A stretch of 64,000 nucleotides of DNA, from the NCBI GenBank assembly GCA_902595405.1, contig CACJPX010000005.1, positions 14,452 through 78,451 of the forward strand, given 5' to 3'. Both the position numbers and the translations under genes were made by a program. Origin of the DNA: an uncultured Pelagibacteraceae bacterium. GTDB lineage: Bacteria; Pseudomonadota; Alphaproteobacteria; Pelagibacterales; Pelagibacteraceae. Shown here piece after piece: positions 10,417 through 19,175 of the stretch. Below the pieces are notes generated by a model, which made no database searches, was not told where the DNA came from, and worked only from the letters and a program-made list of their open reading frames with translations. The stretch's first letter is position 1. Each line of letters starts with the position of its first letter.

Positions 10417-12813
10417 TTAGGCAACCATACTTTCTGCTTTTTGAAGATCAACAGCTACAAGTTGACTAATACCTTTCTCGGGCATTGTAACTCCATATAG
10501 TCTGTTCATTTTAGACATTGTTAAAGCATGGTGGGTAACAATTATAAATTTCGTGTCAGTAATTTTTGTAAGTTCATCAAGCAAATTACAAAATCTTGTA
10601 ACATTCGCATCATCAAGAGGTGCATCTACTTCATCTAATACACAAATTGGAGATGGATTAGTTAAGAAAACAGCAAAAATTAATGAAAGCGCAGTAAGCG
10701 CTTGTTCTCCACCTGATAATAAAGTTATTGATTGGAGACGCTTACCAGGAGGACTCACCAACATCTCTAGTCCTGCCTCTAGTGGATCATCAGCATCTAC
10801 TAATTCAAGTTTGGCGCTTCCACCATTAAATAGTTTTGTGTAAACTTCGTTAAATTTTCTATCAACTTTATCAAAAGCCTCAATTAATCTTTCTCTTCCT
10901 TTTTGATTAAGCTCATTGATACTTTCTTTTAATTTTAGTATTGCTGTAACTAAATCGACCCTATCGCTCTCCATTTTTTTAATTTCAGTTTCATACTTAT
11001 TTGTTTCTTCATCTGCTTTTAAGTTCACCGAGCCTAGTTTTTCTCTTTCTTGTTTTTTTTTGTCTAGCAAGTCCTCTTGATTTACAGCATCAGGTAGTTC
11101 CTCAACTCCGAAAAGATTTGAATTTTCTAAAATATTTTCCTCAGATAAATTTAATTCGGAATTAATTCTATCAATTAAATCATTTTTTCTTTTTTTTAAT
11201 CCCTCAACTGTTGCACCCGAACTTGCTTTTCTCTCTCTTATCTGAATTGATTGCTCTTGGATTTCATTCAATTGTAATCTTAAATTTTCTATTTTTTCAT
11301 CTGTTGAATTAATAATTTCTTCATTTTCTTTTTTTTCCTCTTCAGAAATTCTTAACCCTTCAGTTATTTGACCTTTTTTTTCTGCCTGTAATTTTGGTTG
11401 ATTGTCTAATTTACTTAATTGATCATTCAATTTACTTCTTCTTTCGGTAAGCTGGGAAACCATTTTTTCAGAATTTGATAATAGGTTTTTCCAACTTTCT
11501 ATCTCTGTATCAATTACTTTAATTCTTTCGTTTCTCTTTACAGACTCTTTTTTTATATTTTCATTTTTACTATAACTCCCAGCATATGCTTCAATCAACA
11601 GCTTACAATTATCAAGTGCTGAAATAGCTTCTTGATTTTTTTGTGAATTAATAAGTTCTTTAACTTTTTCAATTTCACTTTGTAATTTATCTTTAGAGGT
11701 GTTTAAATCATTATCAGACTGTTTTTCAGTTTCATAATATTTGGAGTCAATTTCTATTAACTCATTTTTTTCTTCTTTTAATCTTTTTTCATTTGAGTTC
11801 GCATCGATTACTATTCCTTTTTCTCTACCGATATCTTCCTCAAATGTTTGAAGTGTTTTTTTTATATTTTCAATTTCATCTTGTATCCTTGTGTTTTCTT
11901 CGTCCAGACTTTGTAGCTCAAGATTAAGTCTCTGTATTTTAGATAAGTTTTCAATATTCTTTTCCCTTAATGGTGTGACTTTTTCAGTTTCAGTCTTTAT
12001 TAAATTTTCAAGATCTGCGATCTTATTATTAAAGTCTGTTACTTCAGTCTCTGCTTCAACATTAATCTCATTTTCTATTTTTATTTCTTTATCAATTTCT
12101 AATAATTTTAAATAATATAAGCCTGCTTCTATCTTTTTTATTTCTTCAGACATATTTTTATATCTTGCTGCCTCTTCAGCTTGTTTTTGAAGATTAACAA
12201 GTTGCCTTTCTTGTTGGCGCCTTAATTCATCCGCTCTTTTAAGATTATTTTCTGCAGCGTTTAGTCGTAATTCAGCTTCATGCCTTCTTACATGTAATCC
12301 TGAAATTCCTGCAGCTTCTTCTAAGATTGCCCTTCTATCGGCTGGTTTAGCTGTAACGATTGCACCTATACGACCTTGGCTTATCATCGATGGAGAATGT
12401 GCTCCAGTTGATAAATCTGCAAAAAACATTTGAGCATCACGGGCTCTGACTTCCTTATCATTTATATAAAATTTTGAGCCTTTATCTTTTTCTATTTTTC
12501 TTCTTACGTTTACTTCATCCAATTCTCTATATTGAATTGGCCCCTCATTTTTTTCATTAGTTACAGTAACAGACACTTCTGCAATGTTCTTGGATGCTTT
12601 GTTAGATGTTCCAGAAAATATTACATCCTCCATTCCTGATCCTCGCATACTTTTTGCTGATGTTTCTCCCATGACCCATCTTAAGGACTCAACAATATTT
12701 GATTTTCCACATCCATTAGGACCAACTATCCCAGTTAAACCATTTTCAATTAAGAAATTAGTTTTATCAGCGAAAGATTTAAATCCGTTCAATTGGATTT
12801 TTTTAAACTCCAT
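10417..12813 (-). CDS. smc: Chromosome segregation protein SMC (short form)
   Basis: GFKSF, GPNGCGKSN Walker A, LSGGE, LDEVDAPLD; 798 aa. Confidence 0.93.
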   Translation of the reverse strand: MEFKKIQLNGFKSFADKTNFLIENGLTGIVGPNGCGKSNIVESLRWVMGETSAKSMRGSGMEDVIFSGTSNKASKNIAEVSVTVTNEKNEGPIQYRELDEVNVRRKIEKDKGSKFYINDKEVRARDAQMFFADLSTGAHSPSMISQGRIGAIVTAKPADRRAILEEAAGISGLHVRRHEAELRLNAAENNLKRADELRRQQERQLVNLQKQAEEAARYKNMSEEIKKIEAGLYYLKLLEIDKEIKIENEINVEAETEVTDFNNKIADLENLIKTETEKVTPLREKNIENLSKIQRLNLELQSLDEENTRIQDEIENIKKTLQTFEEDIGREKGIVIDANSNEKRLKEEKNELIEIDSKYYETEKQSDNDLNTSKDKLQSEIEKVKELINSQKNQEAISALDNCKLLIEAYAGSYSKNENIKKESVKRNERIKVIDTEIESWKNLLSNSEKMVSQLTERRSKLNDQLSKLDNQPKLQAEKKGQITEGLRISEEEKKENEEIINSTDEKIENLRLQLNEIQEQSIQIRERKASSGATVEGLKKRKNDLIDRINSELNLSEENILENSNLFGVEELPDAVNQEDLLDKKKQEREKLGSVNLKADEETNKYETEIKKMESDRVDLVTAILKLKESINELNQKGRERLIEAFDKVDRKFNEVYTKLFNGGSAKLELVDADDPLEAGLEMLVSPPGKRLQSITLLSGGEQALTALSLIFAVFLTNPSPICVLDEVDAPLDDANVTRFCNLLDELTKITDTKFIIVTHHALTMSKMNRLYGVTMPEKGISQLVAVDLQKAESMVA

Positions 12814-12820
12814 TAGGAGT

Positions 12821-13396
12821 TTATATCAGTTTTTCCAGCGATTTTTTTAAATTTTTATAATTAAGGGGTTTCTCAAACTTTTTGTTATTAATAATAATCG
12901 TAGGAGTAGCATTAACCTTAAATTTTTTAGTACCTTCGATTCGATCGTTTAACACATAATCCTCTATTTTTTTATCATTTATACATTTTTCAAAATCTAA
13001 ATCGAAGCCTTGATTTTTAATGAATGTTTTTAAATTATCATTAATTTCCTCCACATTTTTCCCTCTGACCCATGCTTGTTGATTTGAATAAAGGCTATTT
13101 AAAATTTTCAAACTTTCATTACTTTTACATTGAGAAATTTTTGATGCATTAAAAGCGGCTACATCTAGAGGAAAGTGTCTAAATTCAATTTTGACTAAAC
13201 CAGTATCGATATAATCTTTTTTGAGTTGAGGATATACGTTTTTATGAAAATCTGCGCAATGACTACATGTTAAAGATTCATAAGCGATTATTGTAATCTT
13301 CGCATCCTTATTTCCTGCTATGATTCTATTTCCTTCAGCATTTAAAATACTTATCGACCCAAAAAACAAGAATAATATTAAAAATATTTTTTTCAT
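12821..13396 (-). CDS. DsbA-family thiol:disulfide oxidoreductase
   Basis: Signal peptide, CSHC, FRHFPL, ATPT. Confidence 0.9.
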   Translation of the reverse strand: MKKIFLILFLFFGSISILNAEGNRIIAGNKDAKITIIAYESLTCSHCADFHKNVYPQLKKDYIDTGLVKIEFRHFPLDVAAFNASKISQCKSNESLKILNSLYSNQQAWVRGKNVEEINDNLKTFIKNQGFDLDFEKCINDKKIEDYVLNDRIEGTKKFKVNATPTIIINNKKFEKPLNYKNLKKSLEKLI

Positions 13397-13878
13397 TTTG
13401 TTTTAAACACTTTTGATAACTTTATTAAAGATTTCTTTATTTTTTCATTTTTAACACTATTTATCTTTTTTTGATAATCATGATTTGTCACATTATAGGA
13501 GCTTTCATCATTTGTAGATGGGTTAATTTTTTCATCATCAAAACTTGCTAGTTTAATTTTTTCAACAACAGAATAACCAAATAAATTATTTAATTTTTCT
13601 AATATATCTTTTCTTGAATATTCCAGTTCAACTTCATGCCCCCTTTTAACGTTAATTAACAAAGTGCTAACACCTAACTTATTAGAATTTTTAAAAGACT
13701 TGGGGTAGCAAACTTTAAATAAATTTTCTCCAACAATATATTTCCAATTATTGATAGTTTCAGAGTACACGTGCCCTTTCTTATTGATGACTTTTTTGAT
13801 ATTTTTTGGCAAAGTGTCTTTAAAGGATCTTAAGCCTTGAATGCTATTTCTCTGCTTAGTATATTTTTTGAATTGCAT
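13393..13878 (-). CDS. DUF721/DciA family protein
   Basis: W..IVG motif, N.LFGY..V..IKL; usual smc-dsbA-DUF721/mutY context. Confidence 0.75.
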   Translation of the reverse strand: MQFKKYTKQRNSIQGLRSFKDTLPKNIKKVINKKGHVYSETINNWKYIVGENLFKVCYPKSFKNSNKLGVSTLLINVKRGHEVELEYSRKDILEKLNNLFGYSVVEKIKLASFDDEKINPSTNDESSYNVTNHDYQKKINSVKNEKIKKSLIKLSKVFKTK

Positions 13879-14859
13879 ATGAAAGATCAAATAATAACAA
13901 AAAAAATTCTTAATTGGTATGATTTAAATAAGAGAAAATTACCGTGGCGAAAAAATGTTTCACAATCAAAAAAACATTATTATACATTGGTAAGTGAATT
14001 CATGTTGCAGCAGACACAAGTTGTGACTGTAATTCCTTATTTTAATAGATTTATAAATAAAATTCCAAATCTTAAAAAACTTTCAAAAATGCCAGATAGA
14101 GAATTGATAAAACTTTGGGAGGGTCTTGGATATTATTCGAGAGTAAGAAATCTAAAAAAAACTGCTAAAATCATAATTAGTAAATATCATGGAGAAATTC
14201 CAAATAATTATGAGGATTTAATATCTTTACCTGGTATCGGCAATTACACTGCTAATGCAATTTTAGCTATTGCCTTTAATAAATCCTATATTCCTTTAGA
14301 TGGAAACATTGAAAGGGTTTTAAAAAGATATCTTTATTTAAAAAAAGATAAGGAAATACAAAAAGAAAATCTAATAGAAAAAAAATCTATTTTTGGAATT
14401 TCATCAAGAGCAAGCGATTATGCTCAAGCTTTAATGGAATTAGGAGCAATGATATGCAAACCAAAAAATCCTGAATGTAGTAAGTGTCCTATCTCAAAAA
14501 ATTGCAAATCTTATAAGAAGAAAGATTTTGATTTAGCTAAAATTACAAAAAAGAATAAAGAAAAATATTTTATTCTTAAAGTTTATAAAAAAAATCAAAA
14601 ATACCTGTTAGTAAAAAATACAAGATTTAACTTTCTAAAAAATTTAGCAATTTTTCCGATGGAAGAGCTTTCTAACCCAAAAAATTTTAATGAAAATCTT
14701 AATTTTAAAATGTCAAATATGAATATGAACATAAAAATTGAATATCTCAAAAATGCAAAAAGATTTCCCTCATCTTATTGGTTTGATAAAAGGAAATTAG
14801 ATAATTATATGCTTCCAACATTCACTAAGAAAGTTGTTAAATATTTAGAAAAAAAATAA
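13879..14859 (+). CDS. mutY: A/G-specific adenine glycosylase
   Basis: LPWR, SEFMLQQTQV, WEGLGYYSR, LPGIG.YTA, CKPKNPECSKCP..C FeS motif. Confidence 0.96.
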   Translation: MKDQIITKKILNWYDLNKRKLPWRKNVSQSKKHYYTLVSEFMLQQTQVVTVIPYFNRFINKIPNLKKLSKMPDRELIKLWEGLGYYSRVRNLKKTAKIIISKYHGEIPNNYEDLISLPGIGNYTANAILAIAFNKSYIPLDGNIERVLKRYLYLKKDKEIQKENLIEKKSIFGISSRASDYAQALMELGAMICKPKNPECSKCPISKNCKSYKKKDFDLAKITKKNKEKYFILKVYKKNQKYLLVKNTRFNFLKNLAIFPMEELSNPKNFNENLNFKMSNMNMNIKIEYLKNAKRFPSSYWFDKRKLDNYMLPTFTKKVVKYLEKK

Positions 14860-16001
14860 TGAAAAAAGTAGCTGTAATTGGTGCTGGTATTTCAGGGCTA
14901 TTCATTGCGAATTTATTTAAGAGAAATGAAAAATATCAAGTAACTATCTTTGAAAGAAATAGCTTAATCGATTTAAAAGAAGGTTACGGAATTCAATTAT
15001 CTGTCAACAGTATCAAACTTTTAAATAAAATTCAGTTTGATAAATTAGAAAATAATAAAAAATTTAATCCAGACAAAATAAATTTTTACTCAGTTAAAAA
15101 TTCTAATAAGATATGTGAGTTAAATATATCAGATTTTAATACTGAAAATTGTAAATATACTACTCTTAAAAGATCATCACTTATTGATTTTTTAAAAAAG
15201 GATATAGAGAAAGAAATAAAATTTAACCACACTATTTCAACGATAGAACAACAAGATCAAATCGTTAAAATTGCTTTTGAAAATAATGAAGCTTATGAAT
15301 TTGACTATTTAATTATTTCAGATGGTGTCTTTTCAAAGAGTAAAAATTTGCTATCAAAAAATAAAATTCAGCCAAAATTTAATAATACGTTAGCCATAAG
15401 AGGAATAATACCAAGCTCTTCAAATATAGTTGATAAAAAAAACATCTCATTGTTTTTAGGTTCAAATTTTCACTATGTTATTTATCCAGTATCTCCTGAT
15501 GGAGATTTAAACTTTATAGCTGTAATAAGGTATAAACTTTCAGAAGATGAGCAAAAAGATTTCTCGTTATTTAAAGATGACAATTTTATTAAAAAGATTT
15601 TAGAAAAGGTTCCGCGATTAAATAAGGCATTTTTTGATAGCATTAATGATTTAAAGATATACCCAATATTTGTGAGTCATGATTTTTTTGAGTTTAATAA
15701 TAATAATATTCATCTAATAGGAGATGCTTTTTTTGCTTTTTCACCTTCATTTGCTCAAGGTGCATCACAATCAATAGAAGGTGCATATGAATTATTTGAG
15801 AATATAGAGAATAATACTGAAAGTAATTTTTTTAAAAATAGAGTTAATAAAACAAAAATGGTTAATAACAGATCAAAGTTTAATCAATTTACATTTCATT
15901 TATCTAATCCTTTAAATATATTTGTAAGAAACATTTTTTTAAAAAGATTAGTAAATAATAAAAAATTTTTAGAAAGTTATCTCGGTAAAATTTACAGATA
16001 A
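14859..16001 (+). CDS. FAD-dependent monooxygenase (salicylate hydroxylase-like)
   Basis: GAGISG, DG motif (SDGVFS), GDA...P..AQGA. Confidence 0.85.
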   Translation: MKKVAVIGAGISGLFIANLFKRNEKYQVTIFERNSLIDLKEGYGIQLSVNSIKLLNKIQFDKLENNKKFNPDKINFYSVKNSNKICELNISDFNTENCKYTTLKRSSLIDFLKKDIEKEIKFNHTISTIEQQDQIVKIAFENNEAYEFDYLIISDGVFSKSKNLLSKNKIQPKFNNTLAIRGIIPSSSNIVDKKNISLFLGSNFHYVIYPVSPDGDLNFIAVIRYKLSEDEQKDFSLFKDDNFIKKILEKVPRLNKAFFDSINDLKIYPIFVSHDFFEFNNNNIHLIGDAFFAFSPSFAQGASQSIEGAYELFENIENNTESNFFKNRVNKTKMVNNRSKFNQFTFHLSNPLNIFVRNIFLKRLVNNKKFLESYLGKIYR

Positions 16002-16015
16002 CTTTATTTTACTTT

Positions 16016-16030
16016 GTTCTTAATTTGTTC
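16016..16030 (+). promoter_or_regulatory. Putative LexA (SOS) box GTTC-N7-GTTC
   Basis: GTTC ttaattt GTTC, 26 nt upstream of the MT-A70 ATG; matches the alphaproteobacterial LexA direct repeat. Confidence 0.7.
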
Positions 16031-16056
16031 CTATGGTATTTTATAACTGATTCGTT

Positions 16057-16692
16057 ATGAAAAAATATAAAACAATTTATGCAGATCCGCCTTGGAGATT
16101 TAAAAATTTTAGTGAAAAAGGCGAGGGTAGAAATGCAATATCACATTATGATTGTTTGACCCTAGCAGATTTGAAAAAATTAAATATCAAGCGCTATGCT
16201 GATAAAGATTGTGCATTATTTATGTGGGTAACAGATCCAATGCTTGATCAAGGTATCCAACTAATGCAAGATTGGGGATTTAAGTTTAAAACTGTTGCTT
16301 TTTATTGGGCAAAGACAAACACTAAAGTTGATTTAAAAAAATTATCATCTGAAAAAGATTTTTTTACTGGTTTAGGTTATTGGACTAGAGCCAATTGCGA
16401 ACAATGTATATTGGGCACAATAGGAAACCCGAAAAGAAAAAATAAAGATGTTAAGAGGTTGATAATAGACAAAAGAAGAGAGCATAGCAGAAAGCCTGAA
16501 CAAACTTATGATAGGATAGAGAAGTTAGTTGAAGGACCATATCTGGAACTTTTTGCTAGAAAAACAAAAAAAAATTGGGATTCCTGGGGAGATCAAGTTG
16601 GTTTGTTTGATAATAAAAAACAACAGGTAAATACAAGAAAAAGACCTTCTAAATGGGTAGAAACTAGGGAACAATTAAAATTAATTAGCTAA
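16057..16692 (+). CDS. MT-A70 family adenine methyltransferase
   Basis: YADPPW catalytic motif, LFMWVT, WGF.FKT, REHSRKP, YLELFAR, WG. Confidence 0.92.
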   Translation: MKKYKTIYADPPWRFKNFSEKGEGRNAISHYDCLTLADLKKLNIKRYADKDCALFMWVTDPMLDQGIQLMQDWGFKFKTVAFYWAKTNTKVDLKKLSSEKDFFTGLGYWTRANCEQCILGTIGNPKRKNKDVKRLIIDKRREHSRKPEQTYDRIEKLVEGPYLELFARKTKKNWDSWGDQVGLFDNKKQQVNTRKRPSKWVETREQLKLIS

Positions 16693-17418
16693 TTTTTTTA
16701 AGGCTTTAAACCTAGTTTTAAATTTATTATTGAAATAGTCATATCCCTCAGTAAGTGATCCAATAACATTTGAACCAAAATGTTTGTCGACTTCATTTCC
16801 ATTAATCTGAAAAAATCTATACTCTGGAGAAAACAATTCACTGTTCATGTGTGAAATTATATAACTTTTTGCCTCTTTAATCTCTAAGCCACGATTTTGA
16901 CCGTAACTTTTTAAAAGTATCTTAACAGCATATAAGTTTTCTAAAATTTTTTCCTGTTTTTCACTATCGTGGTGACCTCCACCTCTTTTAATTTCATAAC
17001 TGCAAATCAATTTATTCTTTCTATCGTAAGTTATTAAGTCTATTTGTCTAGTTTTAGCTCTCTTTTTGATTTCAACTGCCTCTCCATAAGGGCATTCGGT
17101 ATCTAAAATTTTTTTATTATCCTGGTCTGAAGCAATCATCATCGCATGTCTTGAAATTTTAAATTTTTTTTCACTCCAAACTTCTAAATTTGGGCAGCAA
17201 ATTTTGACAGCCTCAAAATAGAGGTTCTCTAATATAATACCGCTTCTTATTGTTATTGCGTGAACAATGTATGCTATCCTAGCATCCAAATCAGAATATA
17301 AGGGTTCATTAATATCTTTATTTTTTTTTCTTCTTTGGATTTTTTCCCAATTTTCTTTACTAAAAAGTTCATCTAAACTGTCATCACATAGTTTTTGTAT
17401 ATGTGAATTAAGAGCCAT
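16681..17418 (-). CDS. Putative PD-(D/E)xK endonuclease
   Basis: SGIILE helix, then IDL...YEIKRG; flanked by two methyltransferases. Confidence 0.6.
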   Translation of the reverse strand: MALNSHIQKLCDDSLDELFSKENWEKIQRRKKNKDINEPLYSDLDARIAYIVHAITIRSGIILENLYFEAVKICCPNLEVWSEKKFKISRHAMMIASDQDNKKILDTECPYGEAVEIKKRAKTRQIDLITYDRKNKLICSYEIKRGGGHHDSEKQEKILENLYAVKILLKSYGQNRGLEIKEAKSYIISHMNSELFSPEYRFFQINGNEVDKHFGSNVIGSLTEGYDYFNNKFKTRFKALKKLAN

Positions 17419-17421
17419 TTT

Positions 17422-18495
17422 CTAAACTCTTTTGTGAAGGAATTTTTGTCTCAAATTATCAATAGGAACAATGCTGCTTCCTATTTTACAATGCCAGTAA
17501 GTCCACCCGTTACAGCTTTCAGCACCTAAAATTGTAGCTGCTACTTTATGGATTGAGCCTTCAGTTTGAGCGTGTTTGATACTGCCATCAGCCATAATTT
17601 TTGCACTGATTTTCTTTTTATTATCAAAAATAGTAGTGCCTGGTTTAATTATTCCTAATTCAACCAATGATCCAAAAGGTATTCTTGGCTTAGATCTACC
17701 ATTTTGCAAAGTATCTAAATAATCATCTTCTATAGGTTTTGCTTTTTTTAATCTTTGTTCGGCAGCTTTAAAATAGGTTTTTTCTTTTTCAATTCCATAA
17801 TAATTTCTACCCAATTTTTTTGCAACTGTTGCTGTTGTTCCTGATCCTAAGAAAGGGTCTAAAACTAAATCATTTTTATTAGATGTTGCTAATAAAATTC
17901 TGTGAAGCAGAGCCTCAGGTTTTTGAGTAGAATGGACTTTTTTACCATTCTTTTTTAGTCTTTCAGAACCATTACAAATTGGTAATTCCCAGTTAGATCT
18001 CATTTGAAGATCGTCATTTAAACATTTTAAGGATTGATAATTAAAAGTGTATTTTGATTTTTCAGACTTAGATGCCCAAATTAAAGTTTCGTGGGCGTTT
18101 GTAAAGCGCGTTCCTCTAAAATTTGGCATAGGGTTTTTTTTATTCCAAATGACGTCATTTAAAATCCAAAAACCTAAATTTTGAATAGCTGTTCCAACTC
18201 TAAAAATGTTATGGTAACTACCAATTACCCAGATTGCTCCATCTTTTTTTAAAATTCTTTTACATTCACTTAACCATGAATAGGTAAAGTCATCATACTT
18301 TTTAAAATTTTCAAATTGATCCCATTTATCATTTACCGCACTTACTTTAGATCTATCTGGTCTTGTTAATTCACTTTTTAATTGTAGGTTGTAAGGAGGG
18401 TCAGCAAAAATTAAATCAAAAGTCTCATCAGGAATTTTTTTTAGCTCCTGGAGGCTATCTCCGTTAATTAATTTATTTTTAAAATCTAAATTCAT
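17422..18495 (-). CDS. ccrM: Cell-cycle-regulated adenine DNA methyltransferase (GANTC type)
   Basis: FADPPYNLQL, NPMPNFRG.RFTNAHE, HSTQKPE, DPFLGSGTT, C-terminal CNGWTYW domain; follows rnhB. Confidence 0.95.
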   Translation of the reverse strand: MNLDFKNKLINGDSLQELKKIPDETFDLIFADPPYNLQLKSELTRPDRSKVSAVNDKWDQFENFKKYDDFTYSWLSECKRILKKDGAIWVIGSYHNIFRVGTAIQNLGFWILNDVIWNKKNPMPNFRGTRFTNAHETLIWASKSEKSKYTFNYQSLKCLNDDLQMRSNWELPICNGSERLKKNGKKVHSTQKPEALLHRILLATSNKNDLVLDPFLGSGTTATVAKKLGRNYYGIEKEKTYFKAAEQRLKKAKPIEDDYLDTLQNGRSKPRIPFGSLVELGIIKPGTTIFDNKKKISAKIMADGSIKHAQTEGSIHKVAATILGAESCNGWTYWHCKIGSSIVPIDNLRQKFLHKRV

Positions 18496-18512
18496 TTTGA
18501 AAAAATAAATTA

Positions 18513-18561
18513 GACTCCAAAAAGATTCTTGGGTCAACCTATGATTGAATTATTTAGACTC
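18513..18561. promoter_or_regulatory. Three GANTC sites upstream of ccrM
   Basis: GACTC 18513-17, GATTC 18524-28, GACTC 18557-61. Confidence 0.65.
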
Positions 18562-18614
18562 GTTTTGTATGACTTATCATGGCCATAACTACATATTGTG
18601 TTTTTACGTGAAAA

Positions 18615-19175
18615 CTATTTTAATCTATTTATAGGAGAGAAGTTTTTCCTGTGATGCTTTGTAATCCCTAAAACTTTTATGGCTTTTAAATGTTGACTAG
18701 TACCATATCCAAAATTTTTTTGCCAACTATAGCCTTTAAACTTTTTACTTAAATTTGAGATCATTTTATCACGTGTAACTTTAGCAATAATTGATGCTGC
18801 AGAAATAGATGGAATTTTTTGGTCACCTTTAATAATAGATTTAAGTTTGTAATTTTTTAATTCAGGCAATTTATTTCCATCAATTAATACGTGTGAAGGT
18901 TTTTTCTTAAGTTTTTTGATTGCTCTTTTCATTGCTAATAAACTGGCATTTAAAATATTTAATTGTTCAATTTCTTTCAATGATGCCTTTCCAATTGCCC
19001 AAGTTGAATTTTTTTTAATATGGCTAAATAAGACTTTGCGTTTAGAGCTCGATATACTTTTTGAGTCTTTTAGTAATTTTATATTTATAGATTTTTTTAA
19101 AATAACTGCAGCTGCATAGACTGGTCCAACCAAACTTCCTCGACCGACTTCATCTACACCAGCGATTATTTTCAT
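18615..19175 (-). CDS. rnhB: Ribonuclease HII
   Basis: GVDEVGRG, DSK, IDGN, SAASIIAKV.RD; start overlaps the UDG stop (TAATG). Confidence 0.96.
   Translation of the reverse strand: MKIIAGVDEVGRGSLVGPVYAAAVILKKSINIKLLKDSKSISSSKRKVLFSHIKKNSTWAIGKASLKEIEQLNILNASLLAMKRAIKKLKKKPSHVLIDGNKLPELKNYKLKSIIKGDQKIPSISAASIIAKVTRDKMISNLSKKFKGYSWQKNFGYGTSQHLKAIKVLGITKHHRKNFSPINRLK

Noticed and set aside
16002-17421. Direct or inverted repeats bounding the methyltransferase-nuclease module
   Set aside because: No target-site duplication or mobility gene visible by eye, so it is not called a mobile element
18496-18537. N-terminal extension of CcrM in the ORF track (similar extensions for rnhB, mutY, atpF, greA, uvrC and the aminotransferase)
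   Set aside because: Longest-ORF artefacts; downstream ATGs match the family N-termini
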